From the NCBI GenBank assembly GCA_964019425.1, contig OZ025797.1, forward strand, positions 1,240,001 through 1,304,000: 64,000 bases of DNA, given 5' to 3'. Both the position numbers and the translations under genes were made by a program. The DNA is from Flectonema sp. DT1601. Its lineage: Eukaryota. Of this stretch, positions 34,554 through 45,016 are shown piece after piece. A model generated the notes under the pieces. That model was not told the DNA's origin, did no database searches, and worked only from the letters and a program-made list of their open reading frames with translations. Position 1 is the first letter of the stretch. Every line of letters begins with the position of its first letter.

Positions 34554-37500
34554 TAGACGCACAGGAAATATTTCTACCACTTCTGTCAATCAATTCCAAC
34601 TTCACATCAACTTGTCTTCATAACCTTCTGCAGCTGTTTTATTATTTCGTAATTACAATAAATCTTTTTATTCAGAAGACATTATTTCACACTCGTACGG
34701 AGTTCAGCAATCCGTTTAAAGAACATCTATAGTTCTAGAAAAATAATTCGATCCAACCAGCGAAGGAATCTTATTTCAGATATCTTCTATGGAATCTCTT
34801 GATATCCTTGCAAGAAGAGATTACAATCTAACTCAGGAAGGTTACTCGTATCGTGTAAGAGGTTCCTTGTCTTTAGCCACAAGGAATCTTACAATCAGAA
34901 ATAATTACGGGAACTTGTGAGGAGAATGTTTTCCGAGAAATCAGAGATGACCAGGAAGAGAATGAAAGCTTTAAATAATAAAATTCATTTTATAAACTAC
35001 AGAAGAATAAAGTGAATTGTGACTACCTGACTAGCACTACAAATGTTTCCTAAAATAAGTTGCTGAGCAAGACTGTCAACACGAAATAACAGTTTTGAAT
35101 AAAACAACGTATCTAAATTATAGACACATTGTAACTCGAAACAAGTACTGCTTGCGTCTTTCCTCTGTGATTATACTCGGGCTTTGCTCTCGTCAAATCA
35201 CGTCATCAGCCACATGCAAACGTTATTTCTCATTGTGAAATAATGTACTTGACATAGTGAAGTAATTCATTATTGAAAACAATTGGAGTTTATAATTATT
35301 TTCTTATTTATTTGAAATGATGCGGCTTCTTCTTCTCTTTTACGAACATGTGATGAATTATCGACATGAGAATCTTTTCGGATATGTTTTTATTGTATTC
35401 GAGTAAGAGTGTTGATGAATTGAACAACAAAATGAAATGAAAAACGTGAAGTGTTTCTTTTTTTACAATAAACTCATATTCTAACTTATTTGAAGATTGG
35501 CGTTTCCAGCCGTCTCTCGAACTGCCTGCCTCGTGCGAGCGGTTCTGACTCTCTCTTGTACCCCCGCGAGTTTTCCTGGAGCTCAGCCTCCTTTGAAAAA
35601 TAAGAACCAACCCCCTCCCTCCTTCCCAGCTTGGTTTTATTTTATTTTGTGTTTGCGAATTATCTAAAGTAGGATTGCTGGTGCATTCGTACGACTTCCT
35701 CATTCTCTCGAGTTGGAAATAAAAATAAGTACAAAGAAAAAAAAAAACCCCCAAATATAACCCAAACCCATAGTGAATAACGAGGAGAGATGGTAGCGAG
35801 GGAATCATATCCGAGCCCCGTTTTAAGTAATTGAATAACTCGATTCCGTACTTGCACTGAATGACAACACAGAAACAAGTCACACGCGGATTGTTTACCA
35901 ATACTAACATTACTCAACAGTATCATGACTATCGTTTATTTAGTTAACTCTGGTACAAGACGGATATTTATTTCTTCATAAGCATACTCAAAACATTAAA
36001 TCCTTCCCTTCTTCCCAGCCTGGTTTTATTTTATTTTGTGTTTGCGAATTATCTTTCAAAAGTGTGAGAACTCATTACGTGAATCTAAAGTAGGATTGCT
36101 GGTGCATTCGTACGACTTTTTCATTCTGCTCGTTGGATCTTCTTTCTTTGTATAATTATCGACATGATAATCTTTTCGGATATGTTTTTATTGTATTCGA
36201 GTAAGAGTGTTGATGAATTGAACAACAAGTCAACAACCAGTAGAACCAACAGTCTATTGTACGAACACTAATACAGTCATTCCTTTTACTAAACAGGTCT
36301 TCTCTGTTTACTGAATGTGAGGATTACTTCACATCATTCATCTCATATTCTAACTTGTTTGAAGATTGGCGTTTCCAGCCGTCTCTCGAACTGCCTGCCT
36401 CGTGCGAGCGGTTCTGACTCTCTCTTGTACCTCCCCCGTGAGCTTTCCTCTGGAGCTCGGCTTCCTTTGAGAATAAGCACCAGCTCCCTCCCTTCTTCCC
36501 AGCTTGGTTTTATTTTATTTTGTGTTTGCGAATTATCTTTCAAAAGTGTAAGAACTCATTACGTGAATCTAAAGTAGGATTGCTGGTGCATTCGTACGAC
36601 TTTTTTCATTCTCTTGAGCTCGTTGGATCTTCTCTCTTTGTTGTTGTACATTGTTCTGCCATTTGGGGTTTGGTCCCATTTTATTTTGTTGAAAAGAAAG
36701 AAAAAAAACGAGTGCAAGAAACAAAGTGCGTGTTTTCTTTCCCTTTAACTATTATAATAAAAGTCATATTCTAACTACAAGATTTTTAGAAAAAAAACAT
36801 AAAAAAAAAAACAAAGCAGGGGGGATCCTCCCTGTGCCATCGTTTAAAAAGAAATTTAAAAAAAGAAATCCTGCTCTCCAGCAAACACAATAATACAAGA
36901 TAAGAAAACCAATTTTTCGGATCCCAGAGCTGCGAAAAACAAAAAAAAGCTCGACGTCTGCGTGCCCCAGAGACTAACTGTGCAGATGACTCCCTCCCAT
37001 TCTACCGAACAGGTCTTCTCTGTTTACTGAATGTGAGGATTACTTCACATCATTCATGTCTTCAAACAGATGAAGAGAAGTAGTGTGTTTCCATCTTATT
37101 TCCCCCAAGTAATAGTAAAGATTAGTGAAGTGTTTCTTTTTTTACAACAAACTCGTATTCTAACCTGTTTGAAGATTGGCGTTTCCAGCCGTCTCTCGAA
37201 CTGCCTGCCTCGTGCGAGCGGTTCTTACTCTCTCTTGTACCTCTAATAAGCACTAACCCCCTCCCTTCTTCCCAGCTTGGTTTTATTTTATTTTGTGTTT
37301 GCGAATTATCTTTCAAAAGTGTGAGAACTCATTACGTGAATCTAAAGTAGGATTGCTGGTGCATTCGTACGACTTTTTCATTCTCTTGAGCTCGTTGGAT
37401 CTTCTCTCTTTGTTGTTGTACATTGTACCGCCATTTGGGGTTTGGTCTCATTTTATTTTGTTGAAAAGAAAGAAAAAAAACGAGTGCAAGAAACAAAGTG

Positions 37501-38550
37501 CGTGTTTTCTTTCCCTTTAACTATTATAATAAAAGTCATATTCTAACTACAAGATTTTTAGAAAAAAAACATAAAAAAAAAAACAAGGCAGGGGGGATCC
37601 TCCCTGTGCTATCGTTTAAAAAGAAATTTAAAAAAAGAAATTCTGCTCTCCAGCAAACACAAAAAATACAAGATAAGAAAACCGAATTTTCGGATCCCAC
37701 AACACAAGAAAAAGATGAAACACATCGAGCTGCGAAAAACAAAAAAAAGCTCGACATCTGCGTGTCCCAGAGACAAACTGCAGATGACTCTCTCCCTCTT
37801 GCTTTTCCCCATTCTATTTTACCGTACAGCAACAGTTGTAAAGCTGGAGAAAGACGACGACTTTTATTTTATGCACGCGAAAGATCCCAACAGAGAGTGG
37901 ATCGAGAGCAAAAGTGCACCGCCTCCCTCGAAAAGAAAAAGCCTTAAAAAAAAGAAAAAGAAATGTATTTTCAAATTGATTTGCTTGATTGCAAAAGACA
38001 GTCGTCCCTCCAGCTCTTCGGGTCTTCCCTGTTGCTGTATGTCGAGACAGCGATCAGAGTCAGAAGAGGAAAGAAAAGAAAAGACAACAATAAAAATAAA
38101 ACTAATGAATGGAGTAACTAATGCACTCCAAAATAAAATATCCCAAAAGAGAAACATCCTCGTAGAGCACAAGTAGTAACACAACAATCAACTTATTATT
38201 CAAAACAGTGAGAGGAAATAGAAACATGTTTCATTGGCAAAGGGACATCTCATGGGAAGCAGAGGTTCTGATTTTATCAACTGCGAGAGAGACTTCCATG
38301 CAGACTGCGAACTGTGAGTTTCTTTATTACACTCAAAACACTTTCATCATATTTTAGAGATTTCTTTACTTCAAGTATCTCACGTAAGAGTCTCGCTTGT
38401 TCAATTTGTTTGTTCTTATTTTGTTTAATTTTAATCTCTTCAAGGAATCGATTACTTCTCTTAACGATCAACACGATGAACACGGAGATTCAAACACAGC
38501 AGTCGAGGGTATCAAATCGACGTTGTTTGTGGACTTGTAAACAATCATAT
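34525..38550 (+). repeat. Segmental repeat block 3 (T5orf172 3' flank + modular array)
   Basis: Near-identical to block 1 with re-ordered modules. Confidence 0.9.
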
Positions 38551-38647
38551 TAAGAGAGATTTATAATATTGAGATCTTGTCATTCTATGCCCAACTACCA
38601 ACTCTTTTATCAGGCAACAACCACCCCAACAAAACAAAACGAAAACC

Positions 38648-39794
38648 ATGACATCTACATCAAGTGAAGTGCAGGGTGATAGTGATTACAAAAAACAATG
38701 GAAAATCACCTGTGATGAGATTGAAGTAATTGGCAAATCAATCAAGAATCTAGATGACACTCATGACACAATTGAGCTAAAGAAACTGAAAAAACAAAAT
38801 CTGACACCTGAAGAAATCTTTGCTGATCAGAAGTATGCTAAGCTAACAACAGAACTAGAGAGACTGAAGGTAGAGAAGAACAAACTTCTTGATTTGTTGA
38901 AGAGTTCTACTGAGGTATACCTTTTACTTTTTATTTGTAACGCATTTCGGGGTAAACCTGTCTGATCGGGTCCAACCTTTTTTTGTATTGGTCACAGTAC
39001 AGCCCTTTAGACTGATTGCTTTCTTATATTGGTTTTCGAATTTTTAGGCTGTAACAGAAGGGATGAAAGTAACTCGGAACAAAAAAATACCGATGATATC
39101 TCAATTCTCCCAGACCCAATCCCCTTACCTTAACTTCGTGAACTAACCGGTGTATGCCATCAACTTAACACAGGCTTCGGGTGACACCTCGCAAGTACTC
39201 CAGAAGATCCTGCACAGTCAGGAGATCTTGCAACTTGACGTCAGTCATGTTGCAGTCGCAGTCAGTGAGCTGCGAAAAGAAACCGATGAACACCGGAGTA
39301 GGGAACTTGATGCCTGTTTTGAGTCGACACATTCCGATTCATTGTCGCACAGACATGAAAAGCCAATTGTCAAGGCTTACATTGTTGAAGATTTATTTTG
39401 CATGGCTTGCGGTTCACATACAGAAGTGTCAATTGCACACATTTTGAAGACCAAGCAGGATTGTGCACGTAATAATGTCAAGTGGGCAGAGCGAGAAGAC
39501 ATTAGCAACTTTTTGACGCTTTGTGGGTCAAAAGGAAAAGAAGATACATGTCATGACTTATTTGATAATTTTAAACTGGGATTTTGTTACCACGAAGATG
39601 AACATAACTGGAAAATAGTGTCCGAGAATAGACTCAACGGAAGGCCTGCTGATCTTCGCAGTAACCCACACCGTGCTATACTTCATACACACTTGGCGAA
39701 AGTCATAAAGAAGCTGGCAGTGGAAAGCTCTCGTGAAAGAGTCAATCAGTGGAAGGTGGACTTCGAACAAATAGTTGCTACACCAGAAGATTAA
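38648..39794 (+). CDS. Coiled-coil + HNH endonuclease (HNH_2 / Crinkler-effector-like); exons 38648-38914, 39174-39794
   Basis: FCMACG...SIAHIL...NFLTLC...CHDLFD...PHRAILHTH. GT at 38915, ACTAAC at ~39142 and CAG at 39171-39173 give an in-frame 295-aa product. Confidence 0.8.
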
Positions 39795-39989
39795 CGCCGT
39801 TTAAATGAGATCAAGAAACAATGCGATCTGACCCTATGGCACGCGCGAACCGCTCACCCCTCTTTTTAACGCACTCGGATGCTGTTGCAACCCTACCTTT
39901 TTTTTTTTTTTTTGCCTTTATTAACTGCCAAGCATGTCAACAAATCTTTTTTTAGGCTTCTGTGTCAAAATACTTGTGCGTCGGTGTAC

Positions 39990-40220
39990 ATCTGCTGGGA
40001 GAGTACAGAAGTTTCATCCTGATATCTCTCGAGAGGACGAAGTGAGTATTGCTCAAATTCGCACTGGTCCATAAATTAGTAAAGCTGCCAGGTTTGGGTC
40101 TAACCGATTGCCAGTTCTGTGATCACACCGAGACAGATGCGCACTACCTCCTCTCTAAGTGCAAGGGAGTGAGTCCGATAGTTCGAAAGTTCTTCCCGAT
40201 TCTTCCGACAGATGATACGG
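39990..40220 (+). mobile_element. Retroposon C-terminal zinc-knuckle remnant
   Basis: PDISREDEVSIAQIRTG / DCQFCDH...HYLLSKC resembles element 2 MERADEIRIANFRTG...CPFC...HLLQGC; frameshifted. Confidence 0.7.
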
Positions 40221-40243
40221 AAAATGTAGGCCAGCACCATCCA

Positions 40244-40805
40244 GGAATTGGACAGCTACTTTGCTAGAATGTGTTCAGGTTTTGAAATGAAGATCACTGC
40301 ATACGATCCCTACACAAGTAAAGATAATATGACACGTTTTGGAGTGACAAAGGCTGATTCTCTCGAAGAAATGCTTCCTATCATTGACGTTTTGTCAATT
40401 CACACTGTGCTCAACCCAGAGACCTCTGGAATAGTATCAAGAGAATTAATAAGTCTATTAAAACCATCTTGCTTTGTTATTAATGTTTCACGAGGTGCCA
40501 TAATTGATGAACCAGCTCTCTGTGATGCCGTCAAAAATAACAGCATTGCTGGTGTTGGTCTTGACGTGTTCTCAACTGAGCCATTGACTGCTGAGGGTCA
40601 TTTGTTTTCATCCATCCGAGGTTTTGATAATGTGATGTTTACTCCTCACTTAGCATTCTGGACAGCTGAAGCTCGTGATCGTCTTGAGAAAGAAGCCCTC
40701 GAGAGATCAATAGAGATATTAACCAATAACAAATTAACAGTTATCTCATCAGATCCACGACTTACATCACAGTCTGAAGATCTTGTTGTTCTTGGCGGTA
40801 TCTAG
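40244..40805 (+). pseudogene. 5'-truncated D-isomer-specific 2-hydroxyacid dehydrogenase (phosphoglycerate dehydrogenase-like)
   Basis: AYDPY, SIH...ET, INVSRG.IIDE.AL, GLDVF..EP, TPHLA; N-terminal half missing and the GIG remnant is out of frame. Confidence 0.8.
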
Positions 40806-41392
40806 TGACGGTTATTTGGGATCCTTTTTTTTTTTCTTCTTTTCCTTCTTTTCTTTTTTTATTAGTGACATTGGTCTGTGCATCCGCTGCTCACTGCAAC
40901 GCATCACAAAGACCTAAAATAACTATTGTGAAAAGTGCTCAGATTCACATTCTGGATTGCAGTACATGTAATCTGAGACGGCCATTGCTCACTGCAGCGG
41001 ACGGCGAATAATTTGTATTGTCGCAGGTGTGACGGTAGTGTCTACCCATGCTGACTGTGTGTTGACTCATTTCGTGTGTCATTAAAGTAGCCAGTAGACT
41101 ACCTTCTACCTTAGTGAACCACGCTTGGTGATGTATTCCTTTGTAGTGAATGTATTCTTACTTTATTATCTGATGGTAGTCTGCGTTGATTACTATTTCT
41201 CTATTTTCCTTCTTCCTTCTCTTGAATCCGGGTACTGGCTTCACAAAAAAAAAAACATGATGTGTGGTGATTATTGAAGCGAAAAAAATGGCCGTCGTAT
41301 TTTCTTGCTTTTTCGGAAAATAAGAGTCAAATCGCCTTTTCTAAATTTAAAAATTATTGTTTTGTGAATTACATCGCAAAACTTCAGCTGCC

Positions 41393-41836
41393 ATGAGTAG
41401 CTTCAGCCAGCACCATCATACCTTCTTCGATACAGACAACCAACCGTTTTCAGCCGCCATGCTGAAGGAATTGGACAGCTACTTAATGAGTTTCCCGCTA
41501 CGCGTAGCCATACCAAGACAGAAACTTCTGTGGCACCTCAACAGGTACTCCAATCTTCCAAAGTTATCCCCAAATGACACGACCGAAGTCATGCAGGCCA
41601 TCACACAAGAATACGACTGCACCGATATCAAGGAGATACATGAACATCTATGGACAGTGGAACTGTATTGCTACCTCGGTATCGTGGGAACGCAATTTAC
41701 TGATCTTTTGAACAAAATCCACTACGCCGACTATAAAAGAATAGATCCCAAATGGTTTGACCACCAGGTCCATGGACCTCTGAGAAGGTCCTATATAGAG
41801 ATCTCTTGGCATGTGACTCTGGCAGTATTCTCTTAG
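41393..41836 (+). CDS. Hypothetical protein or gene fragment
   Basis: ~147-aa ORF of ordinary complexity; no recognised motif. Confidence 0.4.
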   Translation: MSSFSQHHHTFFDTDNQPFSAAMLKELDSYLMSFPLRVAIPRQKLLWHLNRYSNLPKLSPNDTTEVMQAITQEYDCTDIKEIHEHLWTVELYCYLGIVGTQFTDLLNKIHYADYKRIDPKWFDHQVHGPLRRSYIEISWHVTLAVFS

Positions 41837-41909
41837 ATCAGAACATCAGTCGGAATCATCGAGGATTGCTATTATTACTATTTACTTATTTTACTTTTGA
41901 ATTCTCTAT

Positions 41910-41943
<34 letters not shown>

Positions 41944-42092
41944 ATATTATTTATATTTATATTTCTTAATTCTTTTTTAACAACATTACCTTCATCATTA
42001 TTTTGTTTTCTTTTTTTTTACTTTTTTTGTTTTGTTTGAGACCTGCAAGAACTGTTTGAACAGCACTCTGGGTGCCTATCAGCATGTCCATG

Positions 42093-43558
42093 CTTCCCCT
42101 CCCTTCTCTTCCCTTCTCTTCCCTTCTCTTCCCTTCTCTTCCCTTTCCCTCCCTTTTCTTCCCTTCTCTTCCCTTCTCTTCCCTTCTCTTCCCTTCTCTT
42201 CCCTTCTCTTCCCTTCTCTTCCCTTTCCCTCCCTTTTCTTCCCTTCTCTTCCCTTCTCTTCCCTTCTCTTCCCTTCTCTTCCCTTCTCTTCCCTTCTCTT
42301 CCCTTCTCTTCCCTTTCCCTCCCTTCTCTTCCCTTCTCTTCCCTTCTCTTCCCTTCTCTTCCCTTCTCTTCCCTTTCCCTCCCTTCTCTTCCCTTCTCTT
42401 CCCTTCTCTTCCCTTCTCTTCCCTTTCCCTCCCTTCTCTTCCCTTCTCTTCCCTTCTCTTCCCTTCTCTTCCCTTCTCTTCCCTTTCCCTCCCTTCTCTT
42501 CCCTTCTCTTCCCTTCTCTTCCCTTCTCTTCCCTTTCCCTCCCTTCTCTTCCCTTCTCTTCCCTTCTCTTCCCTTCTCTTCCCTTCTCTTCCCTTTCCCT
42601 CCCTTCTCTTCCCTTCTCTTCCCTTCTCTTCCCTTCTCTTCCCTTCTCTTCCCTTTCCCTCCCTTTTCTTCCCTTCTCTTCCCTTCTCTTCCCTTCTCTT
42701 CCCTTCTCTTCCCTTCTCTTCCCTTCTCTTCCCTTCTCTTCCCTTTCCCTCCCTTCTCTTCCCTTCTCTTCCCTTCTCTTCCCTTCTCTTCCCTTCTCTT
42801 CCCTTTCCCTCCCTTCTCTTCCCTTCTCTTCCCTTCTCTTCCCTTCTCTTCCCTTTCCCTCCCTTCTCTTCCCTTCTCTTCCCTTCTCTTCCCTTCTCTT
42901 CCCTTCTCTTCCCTTTCCCTCCCTTCTCTTCCCTTCTCTTCCCTTCTCTTCCCTTCTCTTCCCTTCTCTTCCCTTTCCCTCCCTTTTCTTCCCTTCTCTT
43001 CCCTTCTCTTCCCTTCTCTTCCCTTCTCTTCCCTTCTCTTCCCTTCTCTTCCCTTCTCTTCCCTTTCCCTCCCTTCTCTTCCCTTCTCTTCCCTTCTCTT
43101 CCCTTCTCTTCCCTTCTCTTCCCTTTCCCTCCCTTCTCTTCCCTTCTCTTCCCTTCTCTTCCCTTCTCTTCCCTTTCCCTCCCTTCTCTTCCCTTCTCTT
43201 CCCTTCTCTTCCCTTCTCTTCCCTTCTCTTCCCTTTCCCTCCCTTCTCTTCCCTTCTCTTCCCTTCTCTTCCCTTCTCTTCCCTTTCCCTCCCTTTTCTT
43301 CCCTTCTCTTCCCTTCTCTTCCCTTCTCTTCCCTTCTCTTCCCTTCTCTTCCCTTCTCTTCCCTTCTCTTCCCTTTCCCTCCCTTCTCTTCCCTTCTCTT
43401 CCCTTCTCTTCCCTTCTCTTCCCTTCTCTTCCCTTTCCCTCCCTTCTCTTCCCTTCTCTTCCCTTCTCTTCCCTTCTCTTCCCTTTCCCTCCCTTCTCTT
43501 CCCTTCTCTTCCCTTCTCTTCCCTTCTCTTCCCTTCTCTTCCCTTCCCTTCCCTTCCC
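42093..43558. repeat. Pure-pyrimidine 10-bp satellite (CCCTTCTCTT)n with CCCTTTCCCT / CCCTTTTCTT variants
   Basis: ~1.47 kb directly visible. Confidence 0.98.
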
Positions 43559-45016
43559 GTAGTCGGTTATTACTCGAAGTCAAGATTGGATTCATCTCAA
43601 CCAGGATTTGGTGTGTGATGATTAATTCATTTTGTTATTCGAAGTCTTCAAATTAGATTCAATTTATTGAAAACTAATTATATTGTTGAGGTGAGATAAC
43701 CTTCTTATCGATTTAGTGTTTCATCATTCCTTATCTCTCAAATAAATAATTAAACCAGACACCGTTGTTCATGACTAGTCTTTTGTGTAGTGATAAACAT
43801 GTAATTCTAAGAAAGTCAACGACGTAGAGAACTAACCCAACTCCTGAAAGATGATCTGATTTCTGAATTGAACGAAACACGTTGTCATTCACTCGAGCTG
43901 ATGTAGCTGCTGAAACGAAATTAAAATCCCATTTTTCAATTTTCTGAAAAACTGCTCGAACATTTCTTGTAAATTCCCTCAACAATAACCTCAAGGTAAG
44001 AATCTCACATCTACAGTCATTCTACCATCGCTTAAAGGCCTAACAGGAATACACTCTTGAATATACTTACAAAATGACATTGCGGACATCAAACTCGGTA
44101 TTTTTATTACCTTAACAATAAGATCATGGGCTGCAGTGACTACTACATCCGGATAGAGTTTTCCCTCGTGTCTCTCACCATGCTTCCCTTCATGGATTTC
44201 GTTTCTATAAATTAGAAAAAAGTGTTTTATTTCCTTTCTCTCTTTTTATGGGCATTTTGGATCTCTCTTTCTAACTTTTAGTTTCCGCAAAAATATTTGG
44301 AGACGTGATTAGGTCCATAGTACGTGGTTTGGTTTTCGGGCAGTTCTCTTCCTCATCCTTTCCCCCCTAATTTTATTTTCCTATTTATTTTGAAAAGTAA
44401 CTACGCTGAAGTGACCAGCTCAATGAGGTGGTAGCTGTATTTAACATTAGCACTGTGACCACTGTATGCTTACTGTGGAACAAGTGATTGATAGTTTGCG
44501 ATACCTTTCCTTTCCATTTTCAACTAAACCGCATTATCATCCCGCTCTGGTTTGGTAAACACCTAGCAAGACAGCACCACCGACCGGAGGAGATGGAGAT
44601 GGCCTTGCTAGGTGTTGCTTAATGAAGCTAAAAGTAGATATGTGCCGATAATATATGTGCGTAGAGAAGATGCAGGAAAATGATAGCAGCAGTGAAAGAG
44701 GGATGTGATCGTGATGATCGTATTCACAGCTTGCGGAACTGTAGATCAAGTGATGCGTATACTCCTGAACATAGAATTCCATCGGTCACATTTTGAGCGA
44801 CGAAGGACAAGAAGCGTCCTGATTGGAAGACTACTTACCGCAAACAAACGACAACAGGACACCCAACCCTTACCCCAAAAGACAAAATAAGAAATAAAGA
44901 AAACGTTCTCCTTTCTACCTTCTGATGTGGTTCTGCCGGCTATGAAATCCCGTTGTCGTTGCATATATCCATTTATTACATTTTACAGGAAACTCATACT
45001 GACAAAACTAAAAACA

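Noticed and set aside
27296..38550. CRISPR-like repeat-spacer array
   Set aside because: Core is >100 bp, intervening modules are long and themselves repeated, and there are no cas genes
27506..38553. Many 60-200-aa ORFs repeated within the modular array
   Set aside because: Frames are not preserved between copies and lack motifs; treated as non-coding repeat
42018..43618. Three ~500-aa ORFs (REEKG / FPSLP repeats)
   Set aside because: By-products of a stop-free pyrimidine satellite
43560..43994. Minus-strand 87-aa ORF and downstream coding-like sequence
   Set aside because: Multiple stops and no recognisable family
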